Shown in pieces: positions 1 to 9,262 of a stretch of 26,099 bases of DNA (its first letter is position 1; each line of letters opens with the position of its first letter). This stretch comes from Octopus sinensis. Taxonomy: Eukaryota. Location: positions 1-26,099 of the forward strand of contig NW_021835634.1 in NCBI RefSeq assembly GCF_006345805.1, in the 5' to 3' direction. A program made the position numbers and the translations under genes. A model generated the notes under the pieces. The model searched no databases. It saw nothing but the letters and a program-made list of their open reading frames with translations, and had not been told where the DNA came from.

Positions 1-120
1 GAAACAAGTACAAGAGTAAAAGAGTATGTACTTTGAATGTTGTACTCTATTGGAAAACAGTGTGAATTTCAAACAGAATGCCAAACGAAGACGACACCTA
101 ATTAGTAATTAGTTCCGCAT

Positions 121-345
121 CATCATCATCATTGTCATCATTTAATGTCCCCTTTTTCCATGCTGGCATAGGCTGGACAGTTTGACGGGAGTTGGCCTGT
201 CGGAGAGCTGTCCAGACTCCATTGTGGCATGGTTTCTATGGCTGGATGCCCTTCCTAACAACAAGCAATTTACAGAGTGTTTTGGGTGATTTTTACATGA
301 CACCAGCATGGGTGCATTTATGCAGCATTGGCATGGCTGCACCTA
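121..345 (-). mobile_element. SINE-like family D 3' part (degenerate) with (GAT)n tail
   Basis: Reverse complement of the ggaagggcatccagc...cccatgccagcatggaaaa...(gat)n motif seen at 4890-5061 and 20100-20252. Confidence 0.8.
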
Positions 346-414
346 CACAGCACTGACACAAGTGCATTATACATGGCACCAACTAAGACCGTTTAAGGTG
401 GTGCTCTAGCATCG

Positions 415-620
415 TAAGTAGGTAGGTAGAAAGATAGATAGATAGATAGATAGATAAATACATACATACATACATACATACATACATACATACATACACA
501 TATATATACATACACACACATTTACATACATACATACTTACATACATACATACATATATACATACATACATACATACATACATACATACATACATACATA
601 CATACATACATACATACATA
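415..620. repeat. Compound microsatellite (TAGG)/(GATA)n/(TACA)n
   Basis: Directly visible tetranucleotide arrays. Confidence 0.97.
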
Positions 621-896
621 ACATATTTAACATAAGTGTGTCACTGGAAAGCCAGAAGCTGCAGTTTTTTTGCCTGGGAAAATTTCTGTTCTGGTTGTAT
701 TATTTTGAGAAGCACAATAAACTTCAGACCTTGGCAAAACGAAATCACCACAGAAATGACCTGTGGCCTTCAAGATCTTATCAATCTGTTCAACACATGC
801 CAGCATAGAAAAGAGCTATTTGCAAAAACAAGTCCAGGCTTTTTGACCTGTGCACATTGATTGTGAAAAAATCTAAAAGGCCAACCATTCAAATAG

Positions 897-1510
897 ATTT
901 CTTTATTAAGCCACGCAGGGCCAAACAGGGGGGGACAATACAATGTAGCATTTTTCGTTTTGAAACCGATCAATAAGGATCAATAACATTTTGGAACATG
1001 TACAAAAAGGGTAACAAAGTGTCATTTTAACAAATGGAATTCCCAAAAGGGGGAGAAAAATAAAATGCTGACTAGGGTTATCCGTGAAAAGAAAAAACTA
1101 TGAAAAAATGTCACAGTAACTACGGAAAAAAACATGAGAGCAAAGCACCCTTTGTCCTTTTGTTCTATAGGTCCTTGTTTAAAGTGGTTTCATCATTCAT
1201 GCTACATTCACCCACCTTTTATTAAACTTTTCATTAGACAAAACTTCCCTTCCTGCTCTCACTGTCATTTTCAAGTAATATTTGAAAAAGTTGATGATAA
1301 GTTGGCCAGAGAGTAAAGTATTTGTCACTAAGCCTTTCAAACGAGCCCACCATACACATTCTTTCACCACAGTCACAAGTACGATGAAAACTCCCTTGCC
1401 TTCTTGGTTAAAGGAAGATAGCGGGACAATATCCATGCTAGACTCAGTTGACAGCCAGATTTGTCCCACAAGTGTCGCCTTTTTCTGCACCTGTATGAAA
1501 GCATAGGCAG
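897..1510 (-). mobile_element. 5'-truncated non-LTR retrotransposon, L1/Tx1-like ORF2 C-terminus plus 3' UTR (copy 1)
   Basis: ORF 1197-1490 (VKECVWWARLKGLVTNTLLSGQLIINFFKYYLK...KRWVNVA) is homologous to translations at 11262-11558 and 20660-21093. It ends in ...gccctgcgtggcttAATAAAgaaat at about 897. Clade assignment is inferred from the W..R motif that follows the zinc knuckle. Confidence 0.7.
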
Positions 1511-1987
1511 ACTGTTTGTTAGTTGTTCAATAGCTTTACGCTTAAATTACATTTAAATTGTTAGTTAACGAAATTCCTTCGACAAGATAAGTTCTATTTT
1601 TATTTTAAGAAATATTGTTAAATGCTTTTCGATTATTTATAGTTAATACCTGTATATTTTTATATATTTATTTGATAATTAGTACAAGTTAAGTACATTT
1701 ATTCTATTATTTAATTTTTATTATTTATTATCTTAGACCTGATGAGTGACTATATTTTTAAATAGAATTAATTTTAGTTCTATTTAATTTTGAATCGAAT
1801 TGGTTATATTATTATTATCTATTTGAAAATATAGCCATGAAACGTGCGTAGTCTTTTTTACAACTATTTACTATTTATTGTACTTTATTGATTTAAATTA
1901 AGGTTTGTTTTATAGTATATGTTTTCTATATGGTGTGAATAACGTCTTTCGTTATTGAATTATTTAATAGTGGATTTTTCTCTAAAT
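1511..1987 (+). mobile_element. Probable Penelope-like element pLTR/3' UTR remnant
   Basis: Very AT-rich non-microsatellite block that contains the HHR and runs into (TA)n. No ORF homology seen; boundaries approximate. Confidence 0.45.
1735..1854 (+). ncRNA. Type I hammerhead ribozyme motif (PLE-type) with long stem II
   Basis: Stem I agac 1735-38 / gtct 1851-54; core CTGATGA 1739-45; stem II 1746-1766 / 1818-1838 (21 bp, 1 mismatch, 2 G-U); GAAA 1839-42; mini stem III; GTA triplet 1848-50. Confidence 0.8.
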
Positions 1988-2092
1988 TATATATATATAG
2001 TATATATATACTATATATATATATATATATCTATATACATATAGATACATAGATAGAGAGAGAGAGAGAGACAGATACACATGTGTGTATGC

Positions 2093-2125
<33 letters not shown>

Positions 2126-2277
2126 CGCATACATAGATTTATATATATACACATACGCATATATTTGCATACACTTATGATATTCATATCCATATGTGTA
2201 CTTATATATGTACATTTAAGCACAAACATCAAAACCATATATATACGTATGTACAAAGAGAGAAAGAGGGAAAGAAA

Positions 2278-2318
<41 letters not shown>

Positions 2319-2490
2319 GGAAATAGAGAGTAAAAGAGAAGGTGTGAAAGCAACATAATATAATTCTTCTTTTGTAAAAGACCAACAATCCATAAATGAA
2401 AAACAGAAGCAGACGTAAAAATACACAGACACACACCACACACACATACACACCTACACACATACACACACACACATGTACATATGCATA
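1988..2490. repeat. Compound microsatellite field (TA)n,(GA)n,(GAAA)n,(CA)n
   Basis: Directly visible. Confidence 0.95.
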
Positions 2491-2753
2491 CAGCGCCACC
2501 AACCATCTTGCAAAGTGAGATTGTTTTTCTTTGTTTTTTTTTGTCTCATAATCTAATAGAAATGAATGTTCTCAAGAGAAGCTGAGCTGTGAACACGTCG
2601 AGTAAGAATATTCTATGCTAAATATGAAAAGCCATATTTTGCTGGAAATGATCAAAGCAAGTTCTCAGAACAGCAAATATCTTTGTCAAGATAACATCGA
2701 GATGAAAATCATGTGAAGATGTAAAATAATTGACTTCTTTCATGTGTATTTAG

Positions 2754-3931
2754 ATGTGTGTGTATGTGTGTGTGTCTATGTGTGTGTGTATATGTGTGTG
2801 TGTGTGTTTGTGTGTGTCTGTGGGTGGGTGGGTGTTTCTCTGTGTGTGTCTATCTGTATATGGTTTCTGTGTCAGTGAATATGTATGCGTCTATGTTTGT
2901 TTATATATGTATGAGTGTATGAGTATATGTATGTGTGTAATGTATGTATGTATGTATGTATGTATGTATGTATGTATGTATGTGTGTGTGTGTGTATGTG
3001 TGTATGTATATGTAAGTCTGACAGTATGTGTGTATTTGTGTGTTTGAATATGTTTTTTTAATATGTGTAGATGTATTGTGTGTGTATGTGTGTGTGTGTT
3101 TCTGTGTGTGTTTCTGTGTGTGTCTATCTGTATATGGTTTCTGTATAAGTGAATAAGTATGCGTCTATGTTTGTTTATATACGTATGTATGTATGTGTAT
3201 ATGTATATGTATGTAGTATGTATGTATGTATGTATGTATATATGTATGTGTGTATGTATGTATATATATGTGTATGTATGTATATGTAAGTCTGACAGTA
3301 TGTATGTATTGGTGTGTTTGGATATGGTTTTTTAATATGTGTATATGTAGATGTCTTGTGTGTGTATATGCGTGTGTTTGTGTTTGTGTGTGTGTTTGTA
3401 CGTGCTTGTGTGTCTGTATATGAGTTTATGTGTGTCTGTCTGTATATGTAGTCTCTATGTCAGTGAATAAGCATGCGTTTATTTTTGGTATATATATATA
3501 TATATATATAATAATATATATATATATATAGTTATATATATAATATGTGTGGTGTGTGTGTGTGTGTATGTATATATGTATGTGTTATATGTATGTATGT
3601 CTGTATCGTGTGTTAGATATGATGTGTGGTGTATATCTAGGTGTCTTGTGTGTGTGGGTGAGTGCATATGGGTGTGGGTATGTGTGTGTGTGTGTGTGTG
3701 TGCATGTGCTTGTATCTTAGTTTGTGTTTGTGTATCTGTATATGGTTTCTGTGTCAGAGAATATGTATGCGTCTATGTTTGTAAATATATGTATGTATAT
3801 ATGTATGTATGTATGTATGTATGCATGCATGCATGTATGTGTGTATATGTATGTCTGTGTAGGTGTGTCTGTTAGTATGTATGTATCTATGTGTTTATGT
3901 ATGGTCTTTTTGTGAGTGTACATGTGTCTCA

Positions 3932-3972
<41 letters not shown>

Positions 3973-4030
3973 ATGTGTGTGCATGTGCATGTGTGATGTG
4001 AGTGTGTATGTATGTATGCTTATGAGTGTG
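2754..4030. repeat. TG/TATG-rich field with about four degenerate 270-310-bp tandem units
   Basis: Anchor tctgtatatggtttctgtgtcagtgaatatgtatgcgtctatgtttgt recurs near 2853, 3127, 3439 and 3735; gtaagtctgacagtatgt recurs near 3012 and 3286. Confidence 0.85.
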
Positions 4031-4236
4031 TTTGTGGGTGTCTACGTGGGTGGGTTCGCTGACGCGTTAACTCAATTATTTGATGATAAACGAGAAATGA
4101 TATTTCTACAGTAAAAAGCAAAAAATGGTTTATGAGAGAGATAGACATTGAAGAAAGGATGCGCCTCTGTTAAATTACATACATACATATATATACACAT
4201 AAATACATACATACATGCATTACATAAATATATATA

Positions 4237-4632
4237 TTACTCTCTTTACTCTTTTACTTGTTTCAGTCATTTGACTGCGGCCGTGCTAGAGCACCGCCTT
4301 TAGTCGAGCAAATCGACCCCGGGACTTATTCTTTGTAAGCCCAGTACTTATTCTATCGGTCTCTTTTGCCGAACCGCTAGGTGACGGGGACGTAAACACA
4401 CCAGCATCGGTTGTCAAGCAATGCTAGGGGGACAAACGCAAAACACACACACACATATATATAATACATATATACAACAGGCTTCTTTCAGTTTCTGTCT
4501 GCCAAATCCACTCAGAGGCTTTGGTTGGCCTGAGGCTACAGCAGAAGATGTTTGTCTGAAATGTCATTCAGTGGGACAGAAACTGGAACCAAGCAGTTGG
4601 GAAGCAAACTTCTTACCACACAGCCATGTCTA
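4237..4632 (-). mobile_element. tRNA-derived CORE-like SINE (family C)
   Basis: Reverse complement of the 18258-18676 element, including the (gagtaaaa)n-type tail and an internal (TG)/(TA) tract. Confidence 0.88.
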
Positions 4633-4771
4633 ATTTTTTGACATCTGTTACTTACTCTATCAATCTGTTTTGGTGAACCACTAAGTTAAAGCCAGCAATT
4701 TGTGTAAAGCACAAGAGGACACAAACATAAAGACATGCACACAAATACACACTCATATTATGTGTGTGTGT

Positions 4772-5061
4772 CTGCCTGACTGGCTCCCCATGCCGGTGGC
4801 ATGTTAAAAGCACCATCTGCACTTGGCTGATGCCAGTACCCTTGACTGGTTCCTGTACTGGTGACACATAAAAAGCACCTACTACACTCACAGAGTGATT
4901 GGCGTAAGGAAGGGCATCCAGCTGTAGAAACACTGCCAAATCAGATTGGACTCTGGTGCAGCCGCCTGGCTTCCCAGACCTCAGTAAAACCGTCCAACCC
5001 ATGCCAGCATGGAAAACAGACGTTAAACGATGAGGATGATGATGATGATGATGATGATGAT
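4772..5061 (+). mobile_element. SINE-like family D with internal ~66-bp subrepeats and (GAT)n tail
   Basis: Two ggtggca..aaaagcacc subunits, then ggaagggcatccagctgtagaaa...cccatgccagcatggaaaacagacgttaaac(gat)n. Confidence 0.85.
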
Positions 5062-5069
5062 ACGTATAC

Positions 5070-5183
5070 ATCATCATCGTCATGATCATCATTGCGTGTC
5101 CGTTTTCCATGCTGGCATTGGTTGGACGGTTTGACCAAGAATGGTAAGCCAGAGAGCTGTGCCAGGCTCCAGTCTGATTTGGC
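5070..5183 (-). mobile_element. Family D 3' end, tail-to-tail with 4772-5061
   Basis: Reverse complement similarity to 4935-5061. Confidence 0.85.
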
Positions 5184-5424
5184 CTGCAACAGCATCATTT
5201 ATATCATAAGTTCATTCGAATGAAGTATGAACGTCACGCTTCATATCTCCTCTAACATTCACGTTTTAGCGAATATCCTACTCATGAAATATCCTACTTA
5301 TGTGTTTCAATTAATATTAAAATGAAGCAGGATTAAAAGGGATTTTGTGAAATTAATTAACATTTTGTTTGTTAAGCTAGAGTCTGAAACTTAACAACGG
5401 ACAAATATATACATATGTATATAC

Positions 5425-5470
<46 letters not shown>

Positions 5471-5473
<3 letters not shown>

Positions 5474-5703
5474 GTAAAAACGGTAAGATAACAAAAGAAA
5501 GAAAGAGACCTCAATATATGTAAATAGAGGACATTTATCTGTAAATTAATATGTGACCATTATTCAATAGCCAAGATAAAACTCTGAGTTTTTCAGATAG
5601 CCAGATAACTGAAGAGATGGCGTTGTGGATTTCCACTTCGGCATCCGAAACTCAGAGTTTTATCTTGGCTATTGAATAATGGTCACATATTAATTTACAG
5701 ATA
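5471..5703. mobile_element. PLE-like inverted-repeat fragment
   Basis: Perfect 56-bp inverted repeat 5536-5591 / 5648-5703 with an HHR core in the spacer and right arm, an unpaired extension 5471-5535, and (TA)n on both sides. Confidence 0.65.
5598..5671 (+). ncRNA. Type I hammerhead ribozyme motif
   Basis: Stem I tagccagataa 5598-5608 / ttatct(t)ggcta 5660-71 (11 bp, 1 bulge); CTGAAGA 5609-15; imperfect stem II gatg..cg / cg..catc with inner gtgg/ccac; GAAA 5647-50; stem III act-cag-agt; GTT triplet 5657-59. Confidence 0.75.
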
Positions 5704-5814
5704 TATATAATATATATATATATATATGTATGTATGTATATATTTGCCCTTTGTTATGTTTCAGATACTAGCTTAACAAACAAATATATATATATATTTA
5801 CACATATATATGTA

Positions 5815-5912
5815 TTGGAGCCTGGCACAGCCTACTGGCTTGCCAGTCCCCAAATCAAACTGTCCAACCCATGCCAGCATAGAAAATAGATGTTAACGAT
5901 GATGATGATGAT
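5815..5912 (+). mobile_element. Family D 3' fragment
   Basis: tggagcctggcacagcc...tccaacccatgccagcatagaaaa...(gat)n. Confidence 0.8.
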
Positions 5913-6099
5913 AGATAAATATATATAATATATATATGTATATAAGAGATAATGGTGTCATTGAGACCCAAAGGTGTCAGGTAATGCTGAATAAGTGCTA
6001 TAGACAGACCATAGTTAAGTTCCAGATTTGGTAATTTTGTGAATAAGAAGTTCAATGTTGGTTCTATGTCAGTGTGTATATGTTCTATGTCAGCATTCT

Positions 6100-6352
6100 T
6101 ATATATATACATACATATGCACACACATATACACACAGCATATAATATACATATATATATATACATGCATATATGTATACATGTACATTCATATATACAT
6201 ATATATATACATGCATATATGTATACATGTACATTCATATATACATATATATATATATATACTTACACATATATTTTTGTGTATGTATGTATGTATGTAT
6301 TATGTATGTATGTATGTATGTATGTATGTATGTGTGTATGTATGTGTGTATG
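6100..6352. repeat. TA/CA/TATG microsatellite with ~46-48-bp tandem duplication
   Basis: atacatgcatatatgtatacatgtacattcatatatacat is repeated at about 6161 and 6207. Confidence 0.9.
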
Positions 6353-6671
6353 TAACTTGGTGTATTAAGATAATGTTTGGAACATAAATTTGAACAAAAG
6401 ATTCTTGCATTGAATTAATATGGGAGATTTTAACTTAAGTATGAACACAAAAATGGACGGTTTTGTTATATAGAAACAGAGGGTGTTGTGTAGTTCAGAA
6501 GTTAAATTACAGACTTTTATAACAAATAACAATAAAGCTATTATTACATTTCATTTACATAATTACAAACATTATTAAATGTCTAAACATATGGGGTGAA
6601 TTGATGTTAACAAAATAATAATATTTCAGATTAATTAATCTTATCTTTAGAGAATAACTTTTCACATTTTC

Positions 6672-6722
6672 ACACCTACACTGTGTTTCAATGACTTTTA
6701 TCTCAACTCATCATCAGCTGCC
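6672..6722 (-). ncRNA. Degenerate hammerhead-like motif
   Basis: Minus strand reads CTGATGA (6717-6711), tgagtt..aagtca, GAAAC (6689-85), acagt, GTA (6679-77). Stem III ACA-cag-TGT pairs; stem I does not pair well. Confidence 0.35.
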
Positions 6723-6791
6723 TCATTCTTAGAAGTGTGTCTGTATATAATCAACACAAGGATCAAAGGTCCCCACTGAGCCAGAGGTTAA

Positions 6792-7454
6792 CCCCTTGAC
6801 AACGGCTGCTGCCAGTATGCGATCACACTTTTGCTTGCCTACCCGTGGTTAACATAAATATATGATGTAGAGCTGCCCCACATCTATCACTGACATTTTA
6901 GCGGCTGACATATATTTATGTTCGCTATCATGTATTTTATCACTTGTGGTGCACATGCTCGCCATCCCGTGCATTATCTTAGCTATCAAAGGTTACGTTC
7001 AAGTCATGAGACTAGCAGTAGACCAATGACATGTGGATACTTTACATGCATAATACCGTGTTTTGAGTTGTACCACACGCAAGCTATTTTTTTAGCTGAA
7101 AGCAGTTTTTGCACAAACTTTGGAGACACACGTCTTATACTCAAATCTTCAATGATAATGGACGGAACTGAATCATAACTAATCTGCACATCCTCTGGTA
7201 ACTCATGGATGGTGATTCGACAATTTCCCTTCACAGCTGCACGAGAATAACTCATGCATATCATATTATGATAAATAGCTTCGCATAGTTCGTTTTCATA
7301 AATCGGTAGATGAAAATGTATGACGCTGTGTTATTGTAACGGTGGACGTAAATAGATGTGAGCTCGTTGGCACTTGTGTGTTTGTGTGGCCTTATTAGAT
7401 AAAAAAAATCGGAGCAGTGTCTCGCATGCTTCGGGTAATACCGGCGTCAAGGGG
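6792..7454. mobile_element. Non-autonomous piggyBac-type DNA transposon
   Basis: TTAA at 6788-91 and 7455-58. TIRs CCCCTTGACaaCGG / CCCCTTGACgcCGG (rc) match 12/14. TTAA plus CCC ends is the piggyBac signature. Confidence 0.85.
7097..7243 (-). pseudogene. Mariner transposase fragment (HTH2 to WVP-type linker)
   Basis: RAAVKGNCRITIHELPEDVQISYDSVPSIIIEDLSIRRVSPKFVQKLLS resembles the mariner pattern RRITIRELAE..ISYGSV..I..EDLG.RRVSAKFVPKLL. Confidence 0.8.
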
Positions 7455-7486
7455 TTAATAAGGTCAGTTTCCTGAACTCTCTGGCA

Positions 7487-7728
7487 GAGGCACATGGATT
7501 AGTGGTTGAGGTGTTGGACTCATGATCATCATATTGTGGTTTCAATTCCTGGACCAAGCAACACATGTTTTGGGCAAAATGCTTCATTTCACTTTGCCCT
7601 GGTGCACTAAGCTGGCGAAAATGAGTAATTCTGTGACTGACCGATGTCCCATCCAGGTGGAAAATATATATACCATGAAACTGAAAAACCAGCCCTTATG
7701 AATCAGTATAACTTAAGAAAGTTCTTTT
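7487..7728 (+). mobile_element. tRNA-derived SINE (family B)
   Basis: A-box-like tggattagtgg, B-box-like ggtttcaattcc; body homologous to 7731/8405-8632 and rc of 15135-15378. Confidence 0.8.
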
Positions 7729-7830
7729 GTGGAAGCACGTGGCTTAGTGGTTAGTGTGTTGGACTCCCGATAGTGAGCATTATTTACATTATTTACATTT
7801 GACTGATATTTGCCCTCATCTTGTTTGTTG

Positions 7831-7875
7831 TTAACATGTTTCGGCTGATATACTCTCCAGCCTTCATCAGGTGTC
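7831..7875 (-). ncRNA. Hammerhead motif, left arm (3-nt deletion at cleavage site/stem I)
   Basis: rc reads gacac CTGATGA a ggctg gagagtatat cagcc GAAAC atgttaa. Confidence 0.55.
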
Positions 7876-7926
7876 TGGGGAAATTTTGAACCTGGGTTCT
7901 CATTCCCAAGGTATTTTTCGTTGTTA

Positions 7927-7963
<37 letters not shown>

Positions 7964-7982
7964 GTTGTTGTTGTTATCATCA

Positions 7983-8028
<46 letters not shown>

Positions 8029-8116
8029 TACTACTACTCAGGTCACTGCTTGGAATCGAACTCAGAATCTTGGGTTTAGTAGCCCGCGCTCTTAACCACT
8101 ACATCATATGCCTGTG

Positions 8117-8190
8117 GGCATATAGCATGGTGGTTAAGAGCACTGGCTAAGAACCCCAAGATTCTGAATTCAATTCCACGCTGTAACCTG
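8117..8190 (+). promoter_or_regulatory. tRNA-like Pol III internal promoter head (inverted copy at 8038-8112)
   Basis: A-box-like TAGCATGGTGG 8123-33 (left arm rc GATGTAGTGG); B-box-like GAATTCAATTCC (left arm rc GAGTTCGATTCC 8063-8052); tRNA-like spacing. Confidence 0.7.
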
Positions 8191-8277
8191 AACAACAATA
8201 ATAACAATAATAATAATAATGATGATCACATCGAAACATACCTTAGGAATGAGAACCCAGGTTCGAAATTTCCCCAA

Positions 8278-8323
8278 GACACCTGATGAAGGCTGGAGGG
8301 TATATCAGCCGAAACATTGTGTT
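8278..8323 (+). ncRNA. Minimal type I hammerhead motif (PLE-type), right arm
   Basis: Stem I gacac 8278-82 / gtgtt 8319-23; CTGATGA 8283-89 plus extra A; stem II ggctg 8291-95 / cagcc 8306-10; GAAAC 8311-15; ATT triplet (GAAACGTT expected). Confidence 0.7.
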
Positions 8324-8632
8324 AACAACAAACAAGATGAGGACAAATATCCGTTAAATGTAAATAATGTACATTATTCCTCATCTCTTAAATATAGAAC
8401 TGTATCATGATAGTGAGATTATGGTTTCGATTCCTGGACTGGGCGATGCATTGTGCTCTTGAGCAAAACACCTCATTTCACATTGCTCCAGTCCACTCAG
8501 GTGGGAAAAAGTGAGTAATCCTGCAATGGACTAGCATCCCATCCAGGTGAGGAATGTATATACTACTGAAACCAGTAAACCAGCCCTTATGAGTCGGTGT
8601 GACTGAAAGAGGTAACTTTACTTTTTTACCTT

Positions 8633-9262
8633 ACCTGAGCTTTGTGGTGCATAAGTTCCCCTCCTGGATGGGACATTGATACACTGCAGGATTATTCATT
8701 TTTGTTGGCTTAATGCAATATGAAAAGAAGTGCTTTGTTCAAAAGCACAACACACTCTCAGGTCCAAGAATCAAAACCACAATTTTATTATCAAGAATGC
8801 AACACCAAAGTCGGCGAGCTGGCAGAAATGTTAGTACACCAGGCAAAATGCTTAGCAGAATTTCATCTGTTTTTACGTTCTGAGTTCAAATTCCACCAAG
8901 GTCGACTTTGTCTTTCATCCTTTCGGGGTCGATAAATTAAGTACCAGTTATGCACTGGGGTTGACATAATCGACTTAATCCGTTTGTCTGTCCTTGTTTG
9001 TCCTCTCTGTGTTTAGCCCCTTGTGGGTAGTAAAGAAATAGGTATTTCATCTGTCTTTATGTTCTGAGTTCAAATTCCGCTGAGGTCGACTTTGCCTTTC
9101 ATCCTTTCGGGGTCGATTAAATAAGTACCAGTTACGCACTGGGGTCAATATAATCGATTTAATCCATTTGTCTGTCCTTGTTTGTCCCCTCTGTGTTTAG
9201 CCCCTTGTGGGCAGTAAAGAGATAAAAATGCAACACCCTTACCACTATGCCACATGTCTCCA
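8633..9262 (-). mobile_element. Family B SINE interrupted by family A dimer
   Basis: 8640-8806 and 9238-9262 are colinear with 15160-15378. Confidence 0.75.
8807..9226 (+). mobile_element. tRNA-derived SINE family A, dimeric body
   Basis: One head plus two ~184-bp units (gagttcaaattcc...gtcgactttgcctttcatcctttcggggtcgat...aaagaaata). TSD aatgcaacacc 8796-8806 / 9227-37. Confidence 0.9.

Larger units (their letters stand above)
7778..8404. mobile_element. Palindromic tRNA-head/(AAT)n/hammerhead element, putative PLE-dependent SINE
   Basis: Arms 7785-8112 and 8117-8371 are inverted copies, with a 4-nt loop at 8113-16 and an unpaired tail at 8372-8404. TSD tcccgatagtgag 7765-77 / tcatgatagtgag 8405-17 (last 9 bp exact). 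Confidence 0.85.
7731..8632 (+). mobile_element. Family B SINE interrupted by the 7778-8404 insertion
   Basis: Head 7731-7777 (tggcttagtgg A box) resumes at 8405-8418 with the B box ggtttcgattcc. Confidence 0.8.

Noticed and set aside
636-890. Complex segment as a possible exon
   Set aside because: No recognisable protein motif in the frames examined and no clear splice context.
8038-8190. Functional tRNA genes
   Set aside because: There is no convincing acceptor stem or oligo-T terminator; these are SINE-type heads.
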